Assembly (NCBI GenBank): GCA_032718475.1
Contig: JAUCBJ010001668.1
Coordinates: 4,019 to 68,018, forward strand
From: Nemertoderma westbladi
Taxonomy: Eukaryota; Animalia; Xenacoelomorpha
Reading direction: 5' to 3'
Length of the DNA stretch: 64,000 bases
Shown here: piece after piece, positions 46,250 to 60,779 of the stretch
Position numbering within the stretch: position 1 is the stretch's first letter
How the letters are laid out: each line of letters begins with the position of its first letter
The notes under the pieces: generated by a model
Told to the model about the DNA's origin: nothing
What the model saw: only the letters and a program-made list of their open reading frames with translations
Databases searched by the model: none
Program-made: the position numbers and the translations under genes

Positions 46250-46960
46250 AAGTCACGCAATTGTAAAACTATCTTTTTAGAAATATCTTTGATCCAATTA
46301 CTGAATTTACCGTCGATATTGTTTCAATCACGAAGGTATTATTTACTTGGCTGACCTTCTCTAGTGCGCATTGCACCAAAAGGCAGACTTACTCAGGTCG
46401 AAGTTCTTGTGATGGTTTCGTTGGCGTATTTGGCATCCAGCGACTATCAAAAGAGTGTGGGCGATAACTTTGGCATCAATCAGTCCAATGTTAAATGAAT
46501 TTTGGAGAGTTTCCTAAAATTCTTTGTGTCAAAAGATTTTATTAAATTTCCAATTTCAGGCAACTAGCAGTGAATAAATATGCGAGTATTTTTATACCAA
46601 GGCTAGATTTCCACAAGTAATCAATTGTACACATGTCAAAATTGGTGCCCCAAGTTTGAATGGAAACGATTACATTAATCGAATGTGTCAACATAATTTG
46701 AATATACAAGCAGTGTGTGATTTTCGAGGGAAATTTACGAATGTTGTTGCTAAATGGCCTGGTTCGAACCATGATTCATTCATTTTGAAAAACAGTGAAC
46801 TGTGGAATGCTTTCGAATCTCAATGATTGTCTGTTGTACATATTTTGGTGGGTGACTCTATGGCTATGCTCTACATTGGCTCCTTGCTCCATTTTTGAGT
46901 CCGCAAACGGAATCTCAAGTTTGCTACAATTCAGCTCACCAGTGTTCTTAATCGAACAAG
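46250..46960 (+). mobile_element. Decayed PIF/Harbinger DDE transposase
   Basis: FPQVI..CTHVKI, IQAVCDFRGKFTNVVAKWPGSNHDSFILKNSELW, LVGDS. Confidence 0.75.
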
Positions 46961-48174
46961 ATTTTGTTTTTATAATACCTACATACTTTATTATATATAG
47001 GAAAATAAAATTTTGAAGTCAACCATTTTTGGCACTTTATTATTTTATAAATTTCAATATACAGTCGAGGTCCCATAATGCATCTGTTCCCGACTGTACG
47101 TGTACATATCAATAAAACACCATAAAATAAAATTGTAACTGAGGAGAAGACAACCCAGGCTGCAGGAGCTCTTATGGGGGGTCATATAAGTGTGGAGCAA
47201 TTAAACACTCAAACACCCAATGGAATAAAATACACTGGCAGATATGTTAAAATAAGGTAAAATATGATTATGAAATAAAATTGTGATCACAGTTGATGAT
47301 GATGGTTCAACGATTAAATTTACAATATGACATAAAGTCGAAACCTAGTAACCTATGGGAAAAAATATACCTATTTTTAGAGTTAACAATATATTCAGGT
47401 ATGGCCTTCTAAAGTGCAACAACACGATTAGAAAATGAATATTTACAGATTTGAAGCCTTGATATTTTTACAAAGTTTTCGACTGTTGCCTCTTAGGCCT
47501 TGTCTAGACTGGCGGCTAAAAAAAATAATTAAACTGACCAGATTGACCAGATTTATTTTTTCCTCTGCAGTTTTAATTCACCACGATGTTCCGGAAAAAG
47601 GAGGTATTTCGTGATTGGTTCTTAAGAGAGGGGATGATGACGAGTTTGAGTCACAGCAGAAGGAAATGCTTAGAGTAAAAATTTTTATTTTGGTATTTTT
47701 AAGAAAATAATGCCGTTGGAAAAGAAGACCAGTAATTAATAACTTGGTGGTAAATTATTTATTACAGTTGTCGTAAAATGAGTGTACCCCACTTAACGAT
47801 CTGTAGGTGTTGGTGGGTCTGTGCCTGTGGGTGAGGGTAGTCTGGAGATTGTGGGTACAATTCTCCACACAGATTGCATATGGATTTTACCTGAACCTGA
47901 AGGTGAGGATAATACTATGTACCCCTAGCTGCAGTTAACATATTGCATGTCTGCTGATACCGGATGAATCATCAATTTCTCCATATGTATTGTATATCTA
48001 CCATATGTATACCTTTAATTTTCAAATAAAATCGTAATCTAGTACTACTACTGTAGATTTCAGTAATAAGAACACAATATGCAATCGGGACAAACAAGAG
48101 ACTATAACCACAAATAACAGTAACATTGTTCTGTTCAGTAACACCCTTTATAAAGAAGTTTTCACCAATTTCTT

Positions 48175-48336
48175 TCACAGACCAGGAATGTTGTCTTTCA
48201 GGAACTGTAGGTTGTGTGAGACCCGGGAATAAACTCCAGGACGATTCCGTCCCCCGCAGTCGGCACCCCAGCTAGTAACTCCTACTAGTTCCCAGGCGCC
48301 ACCAATACTACACACAAGAGGTCCGCCAGAATCTCC
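48175..48336 (-). CDS. Terminal exon of a paralogous trypsin-like serine protease, gene B
   Basis: After acceptor ATTGTAG: [53 protein letters not shown]. Confidence 0.93.
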   Translation of the reverse strand, partial: GDSGGPLVCSIGGAWELVGVTSWGADCGGRNRPGVYSRVSHNLQFLKDNIPGL

Positions 48337-48368
48337 CTACAATAAAATAAATAAAATTAGTTAAATAT

Positions 48369-48536
48369 ATTATTAAAATAATAATAAATTATTTATTATT
48401 AAAATAATAATAAATTATTTATTATTAAAATAATAATAAAATATTTATTATTAAAATAATAATAAAATATTTATTATTAAAATAATAATAAAATATTTAT
48501 TATTAAAATAATAATAAAATATTTATTATTAAAATT
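48369..48536. repeat. AT-only ~26-bp tandem repeat (~6 copies), intronic
   Basis: ATTATTAAAATAATAATAAAATATTT units. Confidence 0.9.
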
Positions 48537-49674
48537 AGATTAATGTAAGTAATTGGAATGAGAATGTTAAGGAAAGAAAATAAAACCTATCTCTACTCCT
48601 GAATGTTTTAGCCGTCCCACAGCATGGGAGAGATTACTGGCCACAGGAATTTTACTACACCACATATTTGTTATATATTTGAAATTTAATTGAAATGAGA
48701 GATATGTATAATTTCTATGGTGCAAGGGAGTTATTGTTGAGTTTGTAAATTGTATTTTATTCTCGGATATTATATAAGTTTTATGTTTATCATTTTGTTT
48801 AATGATTTTTTTATTTTGTAATATTTTTTACTGTTATTTTAGCTTACAATTATAATCAATCATTTTAATTATATACAGGTTTTTATGATAATTTATGGCT
48901 ATTTTTATGATAATGTATAATGATGTCTGATTTAGGGTTTTGCATGCAACCTTGGGACACTATTAAATGAACACTCCTTGACTTACAATAGGACAAAGGA
49001 TCTGAAACATACTTCTGAAATTTCGGCGAGTAACATTCACTTGAGCAAATGGTGAGTAGGTTTCAAAGGTATAGTTTGAGACCATTTGTGGACTATTTGC
49101 TTGCACCATGAATCATCACTTTTTTTGAAAAAAGTTGGCAAATGCTGCAATGTCTCCAATTTAGAGAAGCGTAAAGCAAAGGGCTCCCGTCTTATTTAGA
49201 TAGAAATGGCACAACGTTTTAAAACTATGGAATTTTCAGTGATCCCTGGGTGGAAATTATGCCCGAAATGTGTAACTGAATACAGTAGGTTGAATATGAA
49301 TAGTCATATTACAGACGTTCCAGCTACTGAAGATTCAGAAATCAATAGCGCTGATTCTGAAATAAGCTAAATTAACAAAGAAACAAAAATCAAGAGAGAA
49401 GAAATCAGTGGAAACTCTAAACAAAATGTCCGAACAAACTGACATAAACTATAAAATTGCACAGTCAACCTTTGGTAGAATGATATGCCGTAAAGTACAG
49501 TCACTTAAACGATCATTTGGAAACGCATTTGACATGCCTAGTAAGTACAAGCTTTGACAGTACTAGTAACTCCACAATTCCTTCTGGTCATCTTAAACAA
49601 CTAAAAACAACTTCTAATGATTTTGAAAAACTTTTGTTAAGAGTTAAAAAACAAGATCAATACACCTGGCTTAA

Positions 49675-51245
49675 CCCTATTAAACCCGGGGGGGGGGGGG
49701 TCAATATGACCCCCCGTGGTTTTTTTATTATAATTCTGAAACAAACGCAGTTGGGAAGCTGAAATTTTATGACTTTTCCTAAAAATCTATTGTCTTCCTA
49801 GTAGTGAAAACCGTTTTAAAAAATATTGGGTCGTTTTCGAGTTATAGCACCATTTTTTAACCCTACTTTTGGCACTTTTTTTGAGACGTTTTTTGAAAAT
49901 TAAATTTCATTAAATATGAATTGTAACATCTCTATTTTTGATTTACACCGGTTTTTTTGTGTTAGCAAGTGGATGGAATTCATATAAATTGATTTAGAAA
50001 TTTCAAACTTGTTTTTTTCGGTGGGTGCCAAATTTTGGTGCCAGCACCAAATTTTGAAATATGTAAATTTTATAAATTGATTGTTTGAAACTTGTTTTTT
50101 ACGCAATTGGGGTTTTTTTGGGGTTCTGGATTCGATGAAATATATACGAGTTGCACCAAGCGTATCAAACTTGTATTTTTCGGTGCTTTGTGTAAATTTT
50201 GGTGCTAGCACGAAATTTTGAAAATCCATTCAAGAGATAAAATTGCATGTGACAATTTATTTCTTGCGTTTTAGAGGTTTATGGCTGTTCTGAATTCAAT
50301 GGAATATATAATTATCAAACTAGACATCTCAAACTTGTATTTTTCGGATGTGGGTGCAAAATGTGGTGCTAGCACCAAATTTTGAAAACCATCAAATATA
50401 TCAATTGATTGTGTCACCTTGTTTCTTGCGTTATAAGGGTTTGTGATGGTTCTGAATTCATTGGAATCAGTGAAAATTTCATAAGAGTTCTCAAACTTGT
50501 ATTTTCGCCGGTGGGTGAAAATTGTTGTGCCAGCACCAAATTTTGGAAAATATGCAAATTGATCAGTTAGATAGTACCCCCTTGTTTCTTGCGTTATACG
50601 GGTTTATGAGGGTCCTGAATCCGATGGAATCAATAAAAAGAGCACTGGACATCGCAAACTTGTACTTTTTGGTGATGGGTACGAAATTTGGTGCTAGCAC
50701 CGAAATTTTCCAAATTACGCCGAAAAATACAAGTAGTAATGATCTGGCATATTAGAAATGTATTCCATTAGAATCCGCGCCCAAGAAAACCTATAAATGT
50801 GAATTTATAGCATCGTATAAGTGAATTAAAAATTTTGTGTTCAAACTGAAAAGTGCTGGTTACTTGTTTTTTTCATTTTTTTCCTACACAGAGAGGATTA
50901 AACAGCCATTTATAGTAATCACATCATTTTTAAATATTTTCCAATGTATTTTGCACCCCAGAAAACCTGTATTGAAAAATAATTAGCTGAAAATGTAACT
51001 TTCAAATTTTGTGATAATTGTGCACTACTTGTAATTTTGGTGCTGCTGTATAACCACCCCAGTTCATTTTTTCGAAAATTTTTTTTCGGTCGGATCCAGA
51101 CAAGTGATACCTACGTACAAACAAAAAATCAGAAGTTTTCATAAATATTTGTAGATTTTAGAGGGGGGGGGGGGGGGGGGTCAATATGACCCCCCCCCCC
51201 CCCCCCGGTATTTGTACAACATTTTATAGCCCGGTACTAATAGGG
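49675..51245 (-). mobile_element. Complete non-autonomous piggyBac-type MITE (same family as 11334-12916, opposite orientation)
   Basis: TTAA at 49671-49674 and 51246-51249; end-to-end reverse-complement similarity to 11334-12916. Confidence 0.88.
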
Positions 51246-51649
51246 TTAAAGAATAGGAAAAATAACTCTAAACTTTGACACCATCTTCATGGTCATGGTC
51301 AAAGGATGCTGAATTCTTTAATGTTTCTGAATATATTATGGTTAGGCAAGCTCGAAGTGTCCATGTTGAAGCAGGATACACAAGTACAAACTCGAAACAT
51401 TTCGACACAGAATACCAAAGACATTGTAATATATTTTATCAAGAATACCAAAGACATTGTAATATATTTCTATCAAGAATACCAAAAACATTGTAATATT
51501 TTGCTATCAAGATGATTGATATTCTCGTTTAATGCTAGGGCGCAGCGGAAAGATGCAGTAAGCATTATAAGCAAAAAGGCTAAAACTCGGTAAGCAATAT
51601 TCTTGCTAAATGAAGCAATATTCTTGCTAAATGATCAAATTGTAGGCCT

Positions 51650-53476
51650 AACAATGTCTCTTCGCTCTCAAACTCACCACATCGTTTTTGGATATTCTAA
51701 TGAATTATTGGCCATGTAAAACGTCAAAATTGCATCAGGAGTGGAATGTATGAGTCATATAATGTTCCTTAAAAAAAAACAATGGCAACACAAACCTTTG
51801 GCAAGAATGTGGAGATTGTTCTAAAACTTTGTTCGAAATCTGGACGAAGGCTTCCATTCCTTCAGTTTCATCCTTAAATACTGTAGCCAATACACTTATT
51901 TAAGGTAAAGATAAAGGAAAAGATTTAAACCGGATTTCAAAGAAACGACGAGCTTCAGTAAACACCAAGTTGCAGATTGAGAAATACCAGAAAGAACTCG
52001 GGAGTCTGTTCGATTTCGCTGCATGTAAGTGCAAGAGTTTTCTAAATTGTTCATGTGATGTGGTACGCAAGGTCCCCAAAAGTGAGTGGGCTTTCTTGGA
52101 AGACCAGCGATCAAAGAGTAGGATGATAATTTCATCAGTTGATACAGAAATGACAAAACGTATTGTTCGATATTAGAAAGGAATCTAGGAAACTGCAGTA
52201 ATCTTCAAGCACAAAAGAAATATTAACAGAAGTGGACTCTGACTCTATTGGTAGCACTAGTAGTTTCAGATCGAGTGACTCAGATGACTTCATTCCTGGT
52301 AAATCTGGAGGTTATGGAATAGTAAATAGAGATATTAAATTACCAAGTGTCGCTAAAATGGCTGATCGGTATGAATTGAGTTGTAGCCATATGCAGCAGC
52401 AGCAGCAGCATCCATATGTTCCACTACCTTGCATGACATTGGATGTGATGAAGTTGTAGATAGGAGTAAAATTCGGAGAGAGAAAGAGCTCAGAACATCG
52501 ATTAGAGAAACTGTTTTGAAATCACAGCAAGTTGGTTTGTATTTTGATGGCAAGAAAGACACAACATTGGTAAGTCCTGGATGTCTTACAAAAGAGGATC
52601 ATTAAGCACTGGTAGAGGAACCAAATTATGTTTTTATTGGACATGTTACTCCTTGCTTTTTTTTTTGTACATATAAATATCACTAAAAAATCTAATTTTA
52701 CATAAAAAAAATTAATTTTAAGTAAATAAATTATTGTAAATAAATAAATAACAAATTCTATAATACTTTCTAATCATACCTTGTTGTTATATATGGCAAC
52801 TACTGTATTTTTAATTATTTCTTAGTATATTTGTATAGCTATTACTAAATAACTATTGTTTAATACAGTGCTTATACATACAGTACCTAATTATTTTTAT
52901 ACTGTATATATATCACTAAACCACCATAATTTATATTTTAGCTAGGTGTGATAATAGTACTAATGTAAACACCGGTTGGAAAGAAGGAGTTCTAATAGAT
53001 TTAGAGCGTTACTTGGAAAGACCATTACAACATGTTGTTTGCTTACTTCATATAAATGAATTACCCCTGCAACATATGATTATTGAATTAGATGGCCCTA
53101 CCACTGGAAACAATAGCTTCTCGGGACCCTTAGGGAAACTGTTGCCAAATTGCCATACTGTTAAATTTGCTTCAATTATTAATCCCATGTTTCTGGATAT
53201 CTCAGAGGATATTGCGTCAAATTTCTCCACTGATCAGAAATATCTCTTAGATATGTGTTATGCAGTAAATGTAACGAAATTCAAATTTCTCTACTGATCA
53301 GAAATATCTCTTAGATATGTGTTATGCAGTAAATCTAATAAAGGGTTGGCGAACCGCATTCCTGGGCGTATTGTAGACTCACGTTGTCTTACAACAGCTT
53401 CACGATTCCTCCGTCCTTATATTAGCACCTCATCACCAGCTCCTCCATTAGAACGAATATGTCTTTATATTATTAA
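51650..53476 (+). mobile_element. Decayed hAT-like (possibly hATm-type) transposase, 5' part
   Basis: LFDFAACKC...FLEDQR, LYFDGKKD, NVNTGW, VVCLLHINELPL (CxxH), DGPTTG..SFSGPLG, STDQKYL, LTTASRFLR. The superfamily call is tentative. Confidence 0.6.
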
Positions 53477-56360
53477 GATGTGATAGATGATCTCCATTTA
53501 GAACTACAATCAGTGAGATAACAAGAAGGGTTCTCTAGATATCCATGAAACCATTTTTTTGCCATTCATAATTTAGGCAATTTCTCTACTAAATAAAAAC
53601 TGATACCCAGAAGTTAATGATACTAGTTCCAATTAATGCATAACGTTCACAGAAGCAACACAGAAAATTTCAGCCAAAACCATTCAGGGGTTCTTCAGAT
53701 ATAGGTACATGAGCAATCCATCCTTCGCGAAAACATGATTCCAAGTAAATCAAGTTTAAAGTTCGGAGTTTAGAAAAAATGACCAAGAGTAAAATATAAC
53801 ATATATAATGCGATTTCTCAAGATTCAAGAGGTATTAGGTGATATAAATTATGACTATGATGACTGAGAGAGCTGTTGATAAAGGATGGTTCAACATTAT
53901 TAACTAGAATTGACCAGCCCCATATTCACTAGGTATCATCTTCTTCATTGACTCGCTTCTTCCTTTTGTTGTCTCCTTTTGAGGAAGATTCTATCTTAAA
54001 TAATTCACTATTGGCTTTGTCTACTCGAATTCTATCAAGATAAGAGAGACCATTCATACAATTAGATCCAGGCATCTGCTCAGAAGAGTGACATCTGAAA
54101 GGTCCCTGGAGATAGGCCTTAGCTCATCCATAATAGCAATTGGTATGCTATTTTTATGGGAATATGCTTCTCCAGTAACCAAGTGTTTATTATATGGGCA
54201 CCAGGACTGAAGATCCTGTGGACAAAGGCCATGTTGTGGATTATCATCAGTAGAGAGCTTGTAGAAACGAATGGCCTGGACAGCTCGCCTCATTTCTCCT
54301 AAATCATGAGTATTTCTTCTAATAGCCATCCCATAGTAAAGCTGCAAAGAATTTATCACCGAATCTGTGAGTCGATTGTGCCCACCTATAGGTTTCCCAT
54401 CAGCCAACTTTGTACCTCTAAGTGAAGCCTTCAACCTTCGAAGTCTGCACCCCATTATCTTTTGGACATGTCCAACGCACTCAAGTTTTTGAATAGAACA
54501 ACTGTCACCATAGGGCAAACTATTTGCAACAGTGCTGAATCAACTGCTATCTCCATCTCCTAAGTATTTAGTATATCGGGCCCCATGTTTATCCACTGAA
54601 CGCAAAAACATCATTTTAGCACCTGCTACTTCCATTCCTCTGCTTGTCCCCTCATAGTTTCGAACACAAACATCTTTATGTCTATCTATGGCAACTTTAT
54701 CATCCTTTGGAATTCGAATGCAAGTATTACAAAACTTGGATATACACTGTATATCAATGACTTTCCCTACATCGACAGATATAACAAAAACAATTCCATT
54801 GAGTGACTTGTGGCCACGCTTCTGCCAGCTACCATCGATACTAACAGCTAAATCAGTTTTGATTTCCGATTCAGTGTTTTCAGATATGGCTTCTTTGGCA
54901 GCTGCAGCCATTGATTGTTCAGCCACAGATTCAACATGAGGGAGAATATGCTTATAAATGCGTGAAATATGCAGAAGTGGTGGTGGCAAACCTATAATTG
55001 CTGCAAAGGTACGGGATCCATGATCACCAAGTCCAACGCATCTCATAGCATATGCAAACCTTACATTACTCTCATAGACTGGTCTGCCTGGTTCAGAATG
55101 TGGAAGTTTTGGGGAACCATTGCAGGTGGCATTTTGGAAACAATTGTTACACTTTGCTGAAATATTGGTAGCTAAGCCAGTTGATTCCCCAGTCTCTATA
55201 GATATATTTTTGCTGGAGCAGTGCTGGCAACACAATATTTCTTTCAGGCAAATGCTCAGCAGCTCACAGTCTATCAGATGAAAACCAGTCCTAGAAGTTT
55301 CACTATCCCGGGCTAAACTAATAGATAGTTTTTTTGATGATGCAGACTGTATAGTGGGTGTAAAACATCCAGTGAAACGATTACCGTGAAAGGATCTATT
55401 AGTCTTTCGAAAGCTCAAACTTCGAGGCATTATTTAAATGCAATTGTTTGGCAATAAACTGAGCAAATAAAAATTATTATTTGGAAATATGGCCCATACA
55501 AAGACCGTTTTGGTTATATAGAGTAAATAAAATAGAAATAGGGTGGAATAATGGCCCTTAGAAGGGCCGTTTTGGTTGAGTAATGATATCAAATAACAAA
55601 ATGTTAGATGAGTGCTTATCAGATAGCACTCCAGGGGAATACAAAAGACAGTTGAAATATCCAGTGAGATTGTAGAGGTTGAAAACAATAGAAAAATCCA
55701 GAATACTAAAATAAAACAAATATTGTCGTCCTATGCAACAGAATGAGTGTTCAACGATGTGGAACTGCTTTATATACAGAGTTCTCATGGATGATTAGCC
55801 AATAGAATGATTTCACTACCAAATTAGCAATCCAATCAGCAACTGTTTTCGGTTTTGTTTCGGAAAGATACACACAGAGTGATAGAATTTATCATTATTT
55901 CATAAAGCAGCTAAAATGTTTCTGTATTAGCTTTCTGTAATTATTATTTAGGCAGTTTGTTACCTTGACATATATTGGTACATACATAATATACCATTGA
56001 ATTCTTACACAATATTAATTCTACATAATACTAATTGAAATGCCTTGATTTAAATATAAATCTGCATTCTCGTTTACAATACTTTTTAATAAAATTAACA
56101 ACCTTATTTTAACTATATAAGGCTTCAGGAGGGGAAGCAAAGGGCTTTCAGTGGAGTTGAGCGGTATCAATAATCTACGGACATATAATATTTTTGGATC
56201 GGAGACATGCGACTAGCTTCAATTGAAGAGGAATATCTCGAGTTTGAGAAAAGATATCGAAAAACGGATTTCACCAGAAGAATCAGCATACAATTTTCAC
56301 CTAAATTAGCTTAAAATCGAAAATTTCATTTTTTAGTCATATAATTATGGTCTAGTGCCC
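53477..56360 (-). mobile_element. Kolobok-like DNA transposon (left boundary uncertain)
   Basis: 5' end reads TTAA|GGGCACTAGACC on the minus strand at 56360; transposase inside; a TTAA at 53473-53476 is the candidate other flank. Confidence 0.55.
53915..55430 (-). pseudogene. Kolobok-type ('Mutator-like' domain) transposase; in-frame TGA at 54540 and internal deletion near 54055
   Basis: CxxC...CxxC, ESNVR, IDGSWQKRGHKSLNG, NYEGTSRGME, YLGDGDS, KLECVGHVQK, YYGMAIR, HGLCP...WCPY, terminal YGAGQF. Confidence 0.8.
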
Positions 56361-56364
56361 TTAA

Positions 56365-57709
56365 CCCCTTAAGACCGGGAACACAACCCCATTATACACC
56401 CTAGGAGCCGGGACATTTTAGAGAAATTTGTACTTTCAAGTTAAATGTTTTAGCACCCTGGCCATTGTGTAAATAATGGTTTAGATTCTTCAGAATGAGC
56501 AAGGAAGTCTACCTATAGTATATAAATATATTATACGACTATTTATTTATATATAATATAATAAATTAATTATATTATATATATAAATAAATAATTATAT
56601 ATAATTTACTCAAGATCAGCTGACATATTTTTTTACAATTACAATATTTATTTATTTAGGTACCGGCACTCTAGTTATTTATTTAGAATATTTATTGATT
56701 CTGTATATTCATTTATTTATTCTATTTATTTATTTATTATGATATTTATTAGATTATAACCTTAAATTTTGTATATTACAAAAAAATTTGCAAAATATTT
56801 GTTTAAATTTTATGTTTATGGATAGTAGCTAATGAAAAGATAATTATCACATTATATACTTGCAATTTATTACATTTGACACATCATACTCTATAAATCC
56901 TAAATAGGATTATAATCTAGGATCCGTGGGTATCTGTGTGATACAGGATCTGTGGGTGAGGTGTCCTGCTGTTCGAAATATAATCGCGATCTGACATTGG
57001 TCCATTCAGCCAGAGAAGAAAAAACTACATCTGGAAAGAAAACCTTCAAGTAATCCAGTTCACTAAACTCCAAAGTATCAACTCCCTTCCAGCCGGGATT
57101 GCCAATAAACGGGATTGGATTATTCTAGGAAATATAGCGGTCCTCCTCCGGTGTTACGAACTTCCACCCCGGATCCACAGATGGTCCTGTCGGTTGCCGT
57201 TGCGATGATGAACCGCCAACTGATCCCGGTTGAGTTGGAAGTGGATCCTCAATCTCGTCTGACTCCGCATCGTTGTCGTAACTATCGCTGGTATCGGTAT
57301 CAACACTCTCAACATCTTCGCGATCAATGTCGTCCTCGCTATCGCTGTCCATTGTGTTAAACCCATAGTACTTCACCGGTTTTACTGTCCGTCTTGGCCG
57401 ACCACTGCTGTCCATTGCTTCACAGTTATTAGTACGCATGTATAGTGTTAGCCTATGTTATATGCTATACTGTTATACAGTAACTATAGATTATCTTGAC
57501 AGGCAAGCAAGTAAGCGAAAACCGGTACCGGTACTGTGTTAGGCCTACTGCAGAATGTGTCTAAGGCACGGGGAATTGAAAAATGCACCGCCAGTAAGCA
57601 CCGGGACATCGCCAGACAAGGTAGAATGACATTAATACTATGGCTCATACGTATGAGCCCCCGCGCATATGAGCATGGCTCATACGTCTGAGCCCCCGGT
57701 CTCAAGGAG
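56365..57709 (-). mobile_element. piggyBac deletion derivative
   Basis: TTAA flanks (56361-56364, 57710-57713), TIRs CCCCTTAAGACCGGG / CCCGGTCTCAAGGAG, and an acidic piggyBac-like N-terminus (57125-57439) that then breaks off. Confidence 0.7.
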
Positions 57710-57713
57710 TTAA

Positions 57714-58100
57714 AGAAGCCTAAGCGGAGAATTTTTTAGAAGCCCAATATAACCTGTGCTGAGACATCTCTAGTTGATTTCTTAACTCCACCATACTATG
57801 TACCACCTCTTTTAGCTAAGATACCATTATATGAACTGTATTCTAAACTAGAACAAGGACCTATAGTTTGGGAGTTTCCTTGCCATACTGCAGATGATTG
57901 TACAATGCATCAGCAAGGCATCTTAAAGGGTATGTGGCTCCACAAATAGAGATGGTTTAATCCGATCTCAGCTTAAGAGTCAAGCAGAAATGCCATTGTT
58001 CTCTTCAAAGAAGCACTTCTGTTTAAAGCGCAAAATAAAGTAGACTTTATCTGACCTTCCTGATTTAAAGGCTCTAACTCTGAACTACTGTCTGTGTAAG
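57714..58100 (+). mobile_element. 3' remnant of the hAT-like transposase
   Basis: PPLL and WEFPCHT motifs expected downstream of the 51650-53476 part. Confidence 0.45.
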
Positions 58101-58329
58101 GAACAATTTGTACAAAACATAGATATGTTGAATAAACTACTTGTCACCCCTTTGTGTTTTGTTAAATATATTGCATTTCTCATTTTTCTTAATAATAATT
58201 CATTGAGAAACGATGTCTTGACATGCCTTGAAGATGCGGATGAACTAGCAAATGTCATGGGTGTTAGTGTGTTGTGGTGGTGCAATTTTGTTCGACAAGC
58301 CAGTACAGCATTCTTAAAAATGTAGCTGC

Positions 58330-60350
58330 ATGCCGATCCTAATAGTAGTATCCCCTTCGAAAGTCAAGAAAATGTATAGGCCTACCGATACAAGTACCAG
58401 TATTACTAGTAGTGCTCTACCTGAAGAGGTAGTAACTCAAAATCCACCAGCGATCAGGGAAAAGATCATTTCTAAAAAACCCACTTCAACATCAAATACA
58501 GCTACTGGTAAATCAAAATATCTGCATAAAACTGGTCAAATTGAAGAAGATATTACTAGAGTTCATAAAGTTGAATAAAGACATAGGTAATAGGTATGGC
58601 CCTAACCCAACATTTCCATGTATTTATGATGGTTTGCCAAAGATAATTGGTCCACTTACTGACTTATACGTTTTTAAAGTTGTTACTAACTGGGATGTTC
58701 TACTTGAGATAGTTTGTTTCTGTTCAATCTAATTTATATGCAACTCAGAATGGGCGTAATTTTATAATAATTAATAGTGAAGAGTTCAGTGCGTTTTTTG
58801 GTTTACACTTTGTAATGTCATATATAAAGATACCAACTTTAAAATATTATTGGTCAACATCTCCAGATTTTATTACTCCTACAATTTCCCATGTCATGAC
58901 TCATTTTCGATTTGCTGATATTTTAATGAATCTACATGTCTCAATTAATGAACTGGAAATACCAAGGGATCAAGAAGTCCATGACAGAGCTGCAAAAGTT
59001 CGGCCCATGATTATTCATTTGAACCAATCATTTTTACAATGTAAAAATCTCTTGAGCAGGCAATTGATGAACACATGGTATAATTCAAAGGCCATCAAAT
59101 AATGAAGCAGTATGTTAAAGGTAAGCCAATAAGATATGGTTTCAAAATGTAGATAGTGTTCGGCGAAAACAGGTTATGTTGAGAAGATGGATATATATAC
59201 CAGTAAGAAGAAAGGAGGTCCTGAACTGGGATTAGGTGAGTCAGTGGTTCCACAGCTTGTAGAGGAGTTACACAACAGCTTCATTACTTTAGCTTGCTCT
59301 TTTATGCCTCCAAATTTAGTTACACATTTAACAGAACGTAAAATATATGTTGTAGGAACGTGCTGAATAAATCGGAAGAATTTCCCTTTTGACCTTTTTA
59401 AATCAGACAAGTCAATGAAACGTGGGGATATTGATTGGAGAGCAGCAGGTCCAATGGTTGCTACAAAATGGGTGGACAATAGGTCTGTATGTATGTGGAT
59501 AACTTTCTGAATCCAAACTCAACTGTAACTGTTTTGCGGTGTCAACAAGGGAGCTCATAGAAATTGTCTGTCACTTGTCCTAAAACTATTCATGTATATA
59601 ACCAACTGATGGGGGTGCGGACTTATGTGACCAACTGAAAGCGACCTGATATGAGGTAGATAGAAAATCCAAAGTAATTTTATCTTCGTATTATTTTCGA
59701 TCTTTTGGATGTCGCCATGGTGAATGCCTTTCGCCTCCAGGAGTTGTTAACTGGGGTAAAGAGTTCTCTAATTACTTATAAACGAAGTGTTGCTCTTGCT
59801 TTAATTGAAGGTTTATCTTGGCGTACACGAGCGCCACCACATCAGTTTAGCCTCAACAGATCCAGACCATTGATTTCTTCGTCACATACAAGTATTGCAT
59901 TTACCTGAGATTGGTGAATGTGGTCGCTGTGCTAACTGTTCAATGTATAAAGTTGAAAATAGAATAAATATCCGCTGCAAAACCTGTGCATTTCCACTAT
60001 TTATTGCAACTGGTTCAAATGCCCATAATTGCTTTCTAAAATACCATTCATGAACAAAGTATAAAGTAACTGGTATTGTTAAATATATAAAGATTGAAGT
60101 TTTATGTTTTGTTCATTATTCATATTTTCGATTTTGGGTATTAAAATGTATTGTGATTATAATTCAGCTTGATTAACCTTTGGTTTCCCTTATGGACCAT
60201 TGGGACACGGGTGTCCCATCTCAGATTTCCATGATATTGTAAATTTTTTAAATTAAACTTTTTGGGGGCATGAATATGATGGCTATAATATATATAAAAT
60301 ATGTCTGGATATAAATTATTATTGTTCGAACCCTTGCGGTCCTGAAAGGG
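58330..60350 (+). mobile_element. Decayed piggyBac (PGBD-like) transposon; left TIR not found
   Basis: YWSTSP, MT..RF..I...LH, DRAAKVRP, IDEHMV.FKG, MKQYVKGKPIRYGFK, MKRGD, KWVDN, YNQLMG, DVAMVNAF, Cys-rich C-terminus; ends CCTGAAAGGG|TTAA. Confidence 0.85.
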
Positions 60351-60779
60351 TTAAGAAAAATATGAATGAAAAATGAGAAAAATATTGCTTGGTGCTTAGA
60401 TTACCCAACTGTGAAACCGAATTGTTCAGCTGGTTTAAATGTTGAGGCGAATGTCCAGACTGTTTATTTATTATTGAAGTTAACACCTTCAACAGAACGC
60501 ATAATAGAGCTATTCCTCTGAATGGCAGCTCCAAACCAAAACCCAGTATGTACATTTTTTGACTTTTCGAGATAATCGCATTTAAAGTTTTTGGACTTTA
60601 AACAGCTGGCATTTGTTGAAATTTTATTTTATGAGTTATAATCTTGTGTACCTTTCCCAATTGTACATATATATTAGTGCCAACACTTTTTTTTTTATTT
60701 ATTCCTTACTTTTCATATAAATCGACTTACATGGTTTTGGTATGGTAGAAAAGAAAACAATTGTGATTTTTGATGCATC

